From assembly GCA_003971905.1 (NCBI GenBank), contig RSEE01000004.1:434001-498000 (forward strand): a stretch of DNA of 64,000 bases, in the 5' to 3' direction. Shown here piece after piece: positions 24,150 through 35,057 of this stretch. The notes under the pieces were generated by a model. The model was not told the origin of the DNA and did no database searches. It saw only the letters and a list, made by a program, of their open reading frames with translations. Each line of letters opens with the position of its first letter. Within the stretch, counting starts at the first letter, position 1. The position numbers and the translations under genes are program-made. The stretch comes from Moniliella sp. 'wahieum'. Lineage: Eukaryota.

Positions 24150-25725
24150 ATGCGTTCGCTCCCCGTTACTCCTAGCACCCCCATCCACCCTGGAACAGAA
24201 GGCACACCCAGTGTAGTGCTCCACCCCGATCCCACCACCCCTTCCATATCCACCTACACCAACGCCTCAACCCCGAGCCTCGCGTCCTTTTATCCCGGTT
24301 CCGTCTCGACCACTCAATCCAAAGCGTACCAGGTTAGCACGCTCGCCTACGAACTCAGCCGCCCAACCCGACGAGATTCGAGCAGCAGCACTACTTTTCC
24401 ATCATTTGCTGCGGATTCACCCGACAGTTTGAACCAGTACCACGCGCTCCATGACTCATCGCCCGAGATTACCACTGGCGGCCTCGTCCCAAAGCAAGGG
24501 GTGCGCAGTGCTTCGTCCCCCTCCTCTCCAATGACACGACGATCCTGTTGCCCTTTCCCTCTAACACCAGGCGCACCCAGACCGATTTTCGTCCCACAGA
24601 GCGGGGGGGGAACCAAAACCCGCACTGGATGGTGGTTCGTGCCAAAGTTCTCTCTCTCTTTGACGGAGAGAAGGCGGGGCGGGGGACACTGGATGAGCTC
24701 CACACCCACTTAACGCAATACATTTCCGATACTGTCGAGCGGCGACCGGCACGGGCAGTGGAGATGGTGTGGTCGGAGGTGATGGGCGTCGTGGCGGGCG
24801 GGTGCCAGCGGTTAGCAATGCGATTGACTGCGTTGCAGGGCCAAGCACTCCTCACAGCTCTGGCCATTGCCTGGACCGAGTTTTACCGCCACGTGCTCCC
24901 CCACGTCGAAGCGATCCTGGTCCCGCTCTCTACCCACCCTATCCTCACCTCTCTTCATCGGGGCAGCCAGAAGAGAGAGAGAGAGAGGTGGTTCTCCACC
25001 ATTAATACCGACCTCTTTATGACTGGCTCCTCTGAGGTTGCATATCCATCCCATGCCAGGACTCAGGACGGCCCACCCCTCAATCTACGACACATTTGCC
25101 TTGCTCATTTCCGTGACACACTGATTCTCCCCCGGTTTGAGCAGCTGCGTCATCTGCTGCAACGAACCCGTTTGCCTTTGCCACCGAGACGGAGCAGAAG
25201 GAGGGGGCGGGCGCTGCGACTGAGAACGACGTGAAAGAACAGCGGTTGATCCAAATGTTGGGGCTGTGTCGGATGGTCCATGCAGCGGACAGTAGGGCCC
25301 AAGAGCAGATGCGGGTTTTATTTGCGAGCGCTGTGACCGCCCCTGCTCACCGTCCAGCAGCTTGGTCGCCGCCCACTCTGAAGGCCGGCTCGGGCAGTTC
25401 GAGCCGCTCGAGGCTGCGGGGGCTGGACCCGCCCCTGGTTCTTGGCCCCGACACTGCCGCTCCTTCTGAACGGCTGGTGCGGCAGCAGAGGGAGGGAAAA
25501 GTGGCATCAGCATCAGCTCGGCCCTGCCTCGCACCTTGCCTCGTTCTTTCGCCCGCTCGGCCGTTGACCCCTCTGGCCCGCCGTTCGTTCTCCATCGGCG
25601 TAGCCGCCATCCGTCCCTGGGCCTGGCCACGTCGGTCCCAGATGGGACGCGCCGACCGCGCCTGCGGCCGGGGCGGGGGGGTCCGGACTAGGCCTGCTAG
25701 GCTGGCGCAACGCGTGACGCGGTGA
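24150..25725 (+). CDS. HbrB domain protein (Bit61/PRR5/Protor family, TORC2-associated)
   Basis: Ser/Pro-rich N-terminus, then W..V.AKVLSLFDGE, ALAIAWTEFYRHVLPHVEAILVPL, LNLRHICLAHFRDTLILP and RLIQMLG. Both ends are uncertain. Confidence 0.8.
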
Positions 25726-26510
25726 GGAGACGGACAGAGCGCAGATGCGGCGTTGGAGCTGGGAGAGGCCTTAGACCTTAGACGATAGGTCTGGCCAGCA
25801 TGCAGAATCAGATTGCCAGTGTCCATACCATGACATGTGACATGTGATAGGAGCATGGGCGTTGTTGGTACGTTTGCTCCTGGTCCGCGTGTGGGATGGG
25901 GATGGGCAGGGGCAGTAGGACGGGGGGTGTGACATTGACATGGGTGCCAGTCACAAGACTGCTGTTCACGTTCATTCTCAGCGCTCCGACGCAGTGCGCT
26001 GAGAATGGCTACGCCGCATGTCACGTGCGTCACATGGGCACTGGGATGCCGTGGCGGCCCAGATGCACGGGGCTGTGGATGCGCCTGCAGGGGCAGTCGC
26101 TGGTGCCTGCGTCTGGGATGGGCGATCGATTGGCCCTGTCGAGGTGTGGGACATGGCATCGCATCTTCGATCGGAGTTCCAGCTGCGACACTCGTTCAAC
26201 TTTCAGTTCCGGCATAGTCGCCCAGTGCCTACCAGGACCACCACCACCCACAGATCACATGTCACACACCGCGTGCCACATCACACGTCCCTGGTGTGCT
26301 TAAGCTTAACGTCCTGGGCGCTTTTCAAATTTCGCCCGGCAAGCTTCACGCTTCACGCTTCACTTGAATCGTCACCTGGTCACTAGTCGCTGGACTCGCT
26401 TCGCCTCTGCCGATGCCTCGCGGAGCACGGGCAATCCCAGCCACCACCACCACCACCACCAGCTAGCTCCTCGGGCGGGCGCTCCCGCCTCCCCCCGCAC
26501 GCACCGCATC

Positions 26511-28238
26511 ATGCGCCCTGCTTGTCGGCCAGGCCAGCGCATGGCCCCACTCGCTCGCTCCCTCCCCTCACCCGTTCTTGTCTATGGCGCCGACCAGGCG
26601 GACGACCCGGAGGGGGTAAGTACGCTGTGCGAATCCAAGACCGAGAAGCAGTCGTCGTCACCACCCTCTCGAGCGCAGGACGAGCCGAGCTGGGTGCTTC
26701 CCCTCCAACGCTTTGCTGCTCGCTTGGCCCGCTACAAGATCGAGCAGGTCGGCATCACACCCTTGCGCGACGAAGAGCGCACGGGCACGCGGTGGTGGGC
26801 CGCCTCGTTTTTTTTTTCTCGGTCGACTTTAATCTGCTTGCCTTTTCCAGTGGTTCGCTTGCGGCTACCTATGGTCTGGGCATGTACGGCAGTCTGTTTT
26901 CCATTCTGGGATTCTCACTGCTCTGCTGCTTGCCGACCGCCTACCTCTCCACCTGCGGCCCCCGCCTCGGCCAGCGACAGATGGTCCAGAGCCGGTACAG
27001 CTGGGGGTACTGGCCCGTTATGCTGATTGGCTTGTGTGCGGCAGCCAGCTCGATGGGTTACTCGATCCTCGATGCTGTCCTGGGCGGCGATACCCTATCC
27101 TACGTCCCTGCCCACCACAGCTTGACCCCCGTGATAGGCATCGTGATCATCTGCCTCATTTCCCTCTTTATTAGCTTTGCTGGCCTCCGCATGATCAGCA
27201 TCATGGAGCGCATCATCTGGATCCCCGTCCTGATTTCCTTCATCACCCTCATTTGTCGTGCTGGCACAGGCCCTCAAGGCCTTCATATCCCCCCCGGACC
27301 CCCCTTCCACCGCCAGGGGGGTGATGAACATGGGCGCGGTCATTGCTGGCTTTTTCATGTCCTACTCGCCGGGTGCCAGTGACGTGACTCACTATCTTCG
27401 CCCCGACACCTCCACCAGTAAGCTATTTTGGGCCAACTACGTTGCCCTCTGCCTCGGCGGTATCCCTGCCCTCATGCTCGGTGCTGCCTTTTCCGTCTCG
27501 GCACAAGACATCCCAGAGTGGAAGGCGGCGCTGGATGTGAGCTGCGGGACTTGTTGGATGCAGTGATGGGGCGCAACCCTGCTGGCTCGACCGCAACGCG
27601 TGGGTGGTCCAAGTGCTGCATCGTTTTCCTCGCGCTTGTCAGTGAGCTCCAACTTGGTTGTGTCGAGCTACTCGTTTGGGCTGAACTTGCGTAAGCGCCT
27701 CCCCTCCCCTCCCATCGCCACTGGCAGTGATGTAATACTAACTTGGACCTTTGCTCAGAAACCATATTTCCTTTCCTCTCTCACATCCCTCGCTTTTTCT
27801 GGATGCTTCTCGCCACGGCCATTGTCCTGCCACTTGCCATTGCCGTTTCGCTCAATTCTGCTTTTTATTCGACCCTGAGTAACTTTACCTCGGTCCTGGG
27901 CTACTTTGCTGCTCTCTACATCGCACCCGTCCTGCTCGAATGGCTTGTCATCCGACGTCGCAACCCACTTCGTTATGATCGAGGCGCATGGAAACGACTG
28001 GCGCCGGCTCCCGTTGGGCTTGGCGGCGTTGGGCAGCGCCTTGATTTCGCTCGCGCTCCTCGTGCCTTCCATCGACCAAGTCTGGTTCATCGGACCCATT
28101 GCTAAGCACCACACGGGCGATATCGGGTTCGAGATGGGCTTTGCGCTGACTGCCCTCACCTACCTCCCCCTCCGTTTGCTTGAATTGCACCTCTGGGGGC
28201 ACTACTGCCTCCACCACATCCCCTCGAGGGGACCCTAG
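26511..28238 (+). CDS. NCS1 family purine-cytosine/pyridoxine permease (Fcy2/Fcy21/Tpn1-like)
   Basis: IEQVGITP, GPRLGQRQMVQSRYSWGYW, SYSPGASDVTHY, VSSYSFGL, FTSVLGYF and GDIGFEMGF, with about 12 hydrophobic segments. Intron at about 27691-27758. Confidence 0.9.
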
Positions 28239-29484
28239 TCGTCTCCGCTTCCTGCCTCTTCACCTTCGATTTCGGGCGGTGCTTGGCATGGCCCATTCTT
28301 TTTCGTATTTCTTCTGTTTCGCATTTCTGTTCCGCATCTACCACTCTTTGCTTTGGCCTCACCGCACCATTCACCCGCATCCAAACTCTGCCCCATATGC
28401 AACATGCAACACAGCTCGCCCGCCCCTGTAGCAGCCATACCCAACCAGCCATCGCACCCGAATCGGTCCCGCTTCTTCTGATCCTCCTTCTCTCCACACC
28501 ACACAAAGTCCCGGTCCCTCTCCGTCGCCCTCTTTGCTCCTCCTCCTCTAGCATCAGCGTATACTCTTGGTTCTGGGGGACGGGAGGCGGCACAAAATGA
28601 GTCGGGAAGGAGGGGACACATTTTGCTCGCCGACACTAGGCAGGGCGATGAGGTGCTGCCCTTGGCCTTGTTCAAGCGTTCGTCTTGCGAGTCGCCAACC
28701 CGCTCCGCGCCTCCTTGTGCCCTCGTGTCATGAGATTGCGCATGCCATCTGGGGCCCGATGTAGTGGGCGATGCGTGTGCCGCCCCGGTGTCGCGGGGGG
28801 GGCGGCCATCGTCATGTGCTTGTGCGATGGGCTGGATCTGGAACGGGGCTATCCTTAAAACGAGCCGAGGAGCGCCGTTCGTCCCGCCCTGGCTTCGTAC
28901 TCCGCCGTGCCGTACGTTGCGTGACTATCGGCATTTACCGTGTCGGCACGCCGACGTACGCGGGCCCCTGCAACGGTCTCCCTGCAACGGCCCCCGGACG
29001 GGCACGGAGGAGTGTCATGGACGTTCTGGACATTATGCACCAGGCCTGCTTAGTCTTCGACGCTCACCGTTCGACCGACTCCGAAGCTGGCTCGGATTGG
29101 CTACGAACGGGAACGGGTGCTCGGTGCCCGGTGCTCTTGCATCGTGGTGGCCGAGTGCCAAGCCGGCTGTAGAACAAGTATCGACAAATGTTGATTCGTC
29201 TTGTGGGGATACGTAGGCGGGTCCTCTGTGCACGTGCACTGTCCTGAGCGGCTCAGCGCAACGTGCTCTGTGCTCCGTGCTCCGCCGATCAAATAGTAGT
29301 CGCATCCTTCTGAGTGGACCAGAAGAAACCAATCATGACGGATTTCGACCTGAGCACGACTGGAAGTGAGCCTGTCACACTTCCTACTGAACAGTTGAAG
29401 ATGAGGGGTGTGGGGGCCGATGGGAGGGGTCCCAGCGAGCCGGACGGCGCAAGAGACGCCACACCTACCTGTAACTATATACTA

Positions 29485-29676
29485 TCACTCGCTTGTGTTG
29501 CTCTCCTTATTGCCACCGGCACCATCCGCATCTGCTTCCAGCACGCGCATAACGATTCCCCTCCCCCCTCTCAAGGGCCGCGACCTGGATTGGTGGCGAA
29601 CCGCGCCGATGGGAGCAATGCGGGCGGACGACGCGCAGGACACTACGAGGGAGACGAATATAAGCGACCGAAGCAT
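29485..29676 (-). CDS. Candidate small secreted protein (63 aa)
   Basis: accATG context and a signal-peptide-like N-terminus MLRSLIFVSLVVSCASSA, with a pyrimidine-rich upstream leader. No recognised family. Confidence 0.3.
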   Translation of the reverse strand: MLRSLIFVSLVVSCASSARIAPIGAVRHQSRSRPLRGGRGIVMRVLEADADGAGGNKESNTSE

Positions 29677-29925
29677 GGTAAGGGACCAAGTTGACGGGGA
29701 ACGAATATGGATAGGGACAGGAGGGCGCAACAGAAACACAGATGCGGATGAGGAATCCAGCGGTAGCAAACGACTTGGCGATTTGTCCCTCCCATTGGGC
29801 TCGGCTAAGAAAAAGAGGAAAGAGGTACAGCGAGTATACACAACTAATTAGCCCCACAGGGGGGAAAGCGGATTGGGACGCGAGACCACCGACTGATGCG
29901 AGGAGCTAAGGAACAGAAGACACGG

Positions 29926-29965
29926 CGATAGGATGGGATGCGATACGATGGGATGCGATGCGATG
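29926..29965. repeat. Imperfect pentanucleotide repeat (CGATG/GGATG)n
   Basis: cgataggatgggatgcgatacgatgggatgcgatgcgatg. Confidence 0.75.
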
Positions 29966-30322
29966 CCTGGCACCAAGGTGGAGGCAGCGAAAAATAAGAG
30001 TCAATAGAGAGGGGAAAGACAGCGTAGCGAGCGAAGGGAGAGAGAGCGTCTGTGTCTGTGAGGGTATTGATATGAAGTACGAAGGTATGGGGTACGCACG
30101 TCCACGCGCACGGATAGCGCCGCACCAACCCGTCCTGCGCTGCGGCAAGGGGGGAGGGGGGAAAGTGCGCCATCGGGGCTGGCTTAGCCAACGCAATCGC
30201 GACGGGAGGGTGGGGGGCAGGAAAACGGTGCGGTTGGACACGGGTGGGGGGACAAGAGGGTGGAAGGATAAGTTTGGTCAGACGGGGTCCACTGCGGCGA
30301 ATGGCACGGTTTTGGTTCTGCC

Positions 30323-31538
30323 TCATCCACATCGGGCAAGGGCTGGGATAAGCCGGATGGGACTGGGCGGAAGCTGAGCTACCGTCGGTCTCGGGCGGGC
30401 GAGGGTAGGGGCTTGGGCGGTTGCCTTGCCGGCGCCTGGCTCGGACCGGGTGGTGAGGCCGCTGGACCGCTTGGCAGCACGCGCCAATGGGCGTTGCGAC
30501 TTGAGCGGCACATCGATCACAAGCAGTTTCCCATCAAATTGAGCGCGCACGTCGTGCAGATCGGCGTCGGGACCAAACACCACACTCGGCTCAAAGTGCC
30601 CGCCTGCATCGTCGTCCCATTTATCGGCAACAATGTGGATCGTGCGATGGTCTGGCAAAGATCAAAAAAGGAAAAGAAAACGGTGCAAGAGCTAAGTTAG
30701 CCGACGCTGCCACCCGCCACGGCTCGCACACATACGTTTGACAGAGAGAGAGATGCCATCAATGGTAAAGCCCGGCAGGTTGAGCCGGATGGTATACCCT
30801 TTGGCATGCGTCTCTACATCCAGCCTTGTTTCGGGCGGGGCGGGACGTTGATCCAGGAACGGTGTCGTAGTGACCGGCGAGTGGCGCACCACATACTCCG
30901 GTTCGCCTTCCAAGCCGTTCCAGCTGCGGGTACTGCTCGGGCGGGCGGGAAGGAGAGTTGGGCGAGGCTGATGCTGAGGCGTGCCCGCCACCCTGGGCGC
31001 GCGCCCGGGCATACTCGCTTCGGAGCGAGGCAGGCGAGTGCGCAGGCCGGTCACACTGGGTCGCGTGTGGGGGTGGAGGCGGGGGAGGGGGAGAGGGAGC
31101 ACCCCGAGCTCGGATCTGGCTCGGGCCCCGAGTCTATATCGGCCGCGTCAGGGCTTTCCCTAATGGGGGCGACGGGGAAGACCGAGTCGGAGGAGAAGGC
31201 GCTGGTTTGGGAACGGGTACTAAGCTGGGTGCGCGCGCTCAGCTGCGACAAGGACGAGAGCCGGCGCTCCGTCGGCCGAGCGAATGGGTGGTGGCCATGG
31301 ACGCGACGGACGAGGGCGCTGGAGGGGGTGGCAGGGGTAGGGGTAGTGGCAGTGGCGGGAGCGACGCGGCGGACTTGAGGGGGGGCGGGGCGATGAGGGG
31401 CGCAGGGAGGGTGGAGGGGGAGGCGCTGGCAGAGGCAGAGCGGGACGGGTGGCAACTGCTCGAGTGCACCCACAACGGGTCGTCGTCCGGCAGGAGCGAG
31501 CGCCACGAGTGGTGGGGGGGCGTGCTGTGGCTGGGCAT
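30323..31538 (-). CDS. HSP20/alpha-crystallin-like domain protein with a long disordered N-terminus
   Basis: RLDVETHAKGYTIRLNLPGFTIDGISLSVKR, an intron at about 30661-30735, then RTIHIVADKW..GHFE..VVFGPDADLHDVRAQFDGKLLVIDVP. Confidence 0.75.
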
Positions 31539-31955
31539 GAGGCGTGGGGGCGCGGTGCTGGCTGGCTACTGGCTGGCGGGGGGCATGCAGCCCATGGCGG
31601 CGGGGTGGTGGTGGTGGCAGGAAAAAGAGGAGGGGGGAGGAGGAGGACGGAGAAGGAGAAGAAGGAGAAAAGAAAGAGAGAGACCCGCTCGCAGCGCAGA
31701 GCAGGGCAGAGCGCGAGCAACGCAGGCTGGGCCGAGACAGGCGATGAGGCTGGGGCTGGGCGGCTGCAGCGTCGCTTTCCTCCTTGAGCGTCAGCCGGTG
31801 GCCCCGGTGGTGCAGTCGGGATGCATGCGAGCGACCCGCCGCCACACTCGTCCAGCGCCACCAGGCGCGTGGTACACTGCCCCCCCCCGCCGCCGTAGAA
31901 GCGCACCATGCATCACCCATGCGCACCCTGCCCCTTGCATCCGCCGCCCGGTGCC

Positions 31956-31969
31956 ATTGAATATTCAAT
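31956..31969. promoter_or_regulatory. Palindrome ATTGAATATTCAAT containing a two-unit heat-shock element (nGAAnnTTCn)
   Basis: An AT-rich island in GC-rich DNA about 420 bp upstream of the HSP20-like gene. Confidence 0.35.
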
Positions 31970-32746
31970 ATTCACGCGTCCCATCGTCTGCAACACATCA
32001 CCGGTCATGCTTTCGTCGCCCCCAACCATGCCCGTGCCTTGCATCGGGCGCCTGGGGGCATGCTCCAGCATGTCGACGGGCGATGCCGATGGCGCACCAG
32101 TGCCCGTGACGCGTGAGGCGTCCTGGGTGTCTCGGAGCAAGCGCAAGGCGCAAGCCTGCGCGATGATCGAGGGTTGCTGAGCGGCTGCGCAGCGCTCTGC
32201 AACGCTCGATGCGCGCCCAGCGCCCAGCGTACCAACGCAGACCGGCCACCGCTACCGGCTACCGGCTACCCCGCTCCAGGCTGGCAGCCGAGGGGCTTGT
32301 CCCATGGCCATGTCACACCCAACGTCCGACGTACGTATTTTGCTCGGACACTTATGTATGTGTGGCTGGGCGCATGTTGGGGTAGGCAGGGTAGGCGTGG
32401 CGCGGGCGCAGCAGAGGCGTGGCGCGTGGCGCGCTGTGCCCATGCATCCCCACCGGGTCGACGGGCGCTGCAGCTGCCTCGCACTGGACCAGCGTCTGGC
32501 TGTGCCAATTACTAAGCGCATCGGCGCCAAGCTCAGCCTGTAGTGCGGTATGCGGCGGCGGGACAGCTGCAGCAGCCAGCTGGGTCGGTGCCGACCGGCC
32601 GACCGGCTGCCCTCGGCTGCCCCCGCAGCCACCCGCAGCGCTCTTCTCTCTCCGGGTACGAAACGAGCACCATCCATCATGCACCAGTCGCATCAGTGCG
32701 CCAGTGCAGTCAGCGCTGTGCCTCGCCTTCAGCGGATCACGTCACA

Positions 32747-32754
32747 TGACGTCA
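32747..32754. promoter_or_regulatory. CRE (TGACGTCA), ATF/CREB-type site
   Basis: Perfect consensus, preceded by a second ACGTCA half-site, in the HSP20-like/TSC1 divergent intergenic region. Confidence 0.3.
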
Positions 32755-35057
32755 CATACATATTCACACTCATCCAGCGCCACACCAGCCTCATCAATCC
32801 ATTCTTCTTCTTCATGTTCCCCTGGTAAGCCTATTTTCCGTTTCCCTCAGCCCATGGGCCCGGCCAGCAGCCTGTTTCAAGCTTCAAGCTAGTTCCAAGC
32901 CTCAGGGACTCACGGACAGAGATCCATCATTCGCACAGGACCTGTGCCGCTCGCTCTCGGCTGTTCCTTAGGTCTCATCACCGCAGGTATACAAGAGAGT
33001 TTAACGTTTACCCCACACCTTTGGCGCTGTAGTTGGACCCAGGTGCATCCCACTATCCTATATCCATTCCAACTCATGGAACTGAAGCGCCTACAAGCGG
33101 CACGACGAAGAGACACGACGATCGCCGCAGTCATAGTGACGGGTTCTGGCCGCAGCGCCGCAGCAGCAGCCGGTGGCGACAATTACAGTGTGGCAAATAT
33201 ATCCTTGCTCTGTTTTCGCCACACTCTCCAACCGAGGCACGAGGTGAGGCGAGGCTACCGGCTAAGGTGAGTTGAGGCGAGGTGCGCACCTCCTCCGCAG
33301 CATACGATATGGATCGCGATGGAAGACTTGGTAGGACAGACTGACAAAGTGGTGTGTGCCCTGTGTCGTGTCCATCGGCGTAGCCGAGGGTACCCTGTCT
33401 GCGACAGACACCCCGACCATCGAAGACCCAGTTGACCCCACCGGAAGGGCTGCTTCAAGCATCGCACGCGTCACACTTGCGTCAAGCTTCAGCTTAAGCT
33501 TCCCACAGCCCGAGTCTGAACCAAAATAGCGAGCCAGCCGCGGCACTGCCTCGCCTGTGTTGATTATAACATCGGACAAAAATGCGGGGAAGTGATGCGT
33601 GATGGTCCGGCTACGTGCGATGCGCTGATGCATGATGCATGATGCAGGATGGTCGATGCAGGAACCAGACCTTGTTTGCAGGATCTACGTCACATGTGAG
33701 GCTCAGCTCAGCACAGTGGCTTGGGTCAACGGCTGAGCGGCTTGATTCGGATACCGGTTGCCGGTACCCTTTAATTAGTGGGCTTGCGGATTGGGGGGAA
33801 AGTAAGGAAAAGCAAATGCGTGCACGTGATACGTGCGGCTGATGCGTTGATGCGCGACGCGGATATCAGGGGTGTATTTAGTTGGGCCTGTAATCGGCCG
33901 GTGGTTACATTGGTAGCACGTGACGGTCACGTGCGACTCGGACCAAGTCCAGCACAGCGGTGCTAACCCTAGGAACGAGTCGAGTACGTAATTCCTAGAT
34001 GTACTCCGCAGTCCCGTGACTAGATGGGTGACTACTTCAAATCCGGACGAGCATAGCGTGGCCGACGTGGGTGTTGCGGACCCAATCTGGGGAAGCCCCA
34101 AACACCTTTGGTTCGACCCTTGGACCACAGCCGCTACCACAGCCCGAAGGCGACATGGTGACAGGCGGCGATTGTCATCAAGTGACTAGCTTGACTAGGG
34201 ATGCACGGGACAGGTGAACGTGGTGAACGGGGAGGGGCTGGAAGGGGCGGAATATGAATGTGACACGTGTCATGTGCATGTGGCATGTGCATGTGATCGA
34301 TGATCGATGATCAGAGATGCATCACGCAGTGGCTTCGCTTAAGCTCTTAAGGCCTAAGGCCAAGCTGGGTGGATGGATGATGGATGATGGATGATGTCCC
34401 CTCCACCACGGCTGGTGCCTGCTTGTGGGCGAGGTGGGCGAGGGGCGGGCGCCGTCAGATCTGCGACGTCTGGTAGCCCTAGGATGCCCCGACGGTGCTC
34501 TAGCTGGACGCTGGATGGGAGATGGGGGGGGGGTGTGGGTTGTGGTGGTGGTCGGGGGCCACGTGTCACTGGTGGGAGTGGGAGTGTGTGGCTTGTGCTT
34601 CCTGGCGGCGTGGGCTGGGGGTGGCCAGAGTTCCGCTGTTTAAGGTTGGGCCTGGCCTGAGCACCTGAGCACATGAGTGCGCCCAGACTGCGCCCTGTTC
34701 AGCTGAGCCCAGCCCAAGCCGCGGCTGGCAACGAAGAAAAGTTGTCGCCAACCCCAATCAGGCTGCCCGAAGGCGCCCCGTCCCAGCTGCTCTGTTTTGC
34801 TCGCCTCAGCTTCGCTTCCGCACAGCTGCCGCTGAGGGTCCATCCCATTCAAGTCGTAGCCGCCGTGAAGCTTGAGGATGGCTGTCGAGGGAGCGAGGGT
34901 GTGGGTGGGTGAGTGGTGAGTCGGGCGTGGGAGGGCATAGGATAGGAGACAGCCTGTGTGGCGACGGGCCTGGATGGGGTGGATACATAGAACCACTGTC
35001 CGACCACGCGATCGCGCGCCCCCCCGACACTGGCGCTCGCTCCGATCAGCCGCAGGC

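Noticed and set aside
25700..26510. TPP riboswitch upstream of the NCS1 permease (GCTGAGA at about 25998)
   Set aside because: The downstream conserved elements (TGAT..GxTAAT.C..GCG.AGG) are absent.
33310..33435. Cys/His-rich fragment VCALCRVH..YPVCDRH
   Set aside because: It is very short, bounded by a stop, and does not match a defined zinc-finger spacing.
34040..34140. tRNA-like GGTTCGACCC (also GTTCGATTC at about 58927)
   Set aside because: No T-stem pairing, cloverleaf or A-box.
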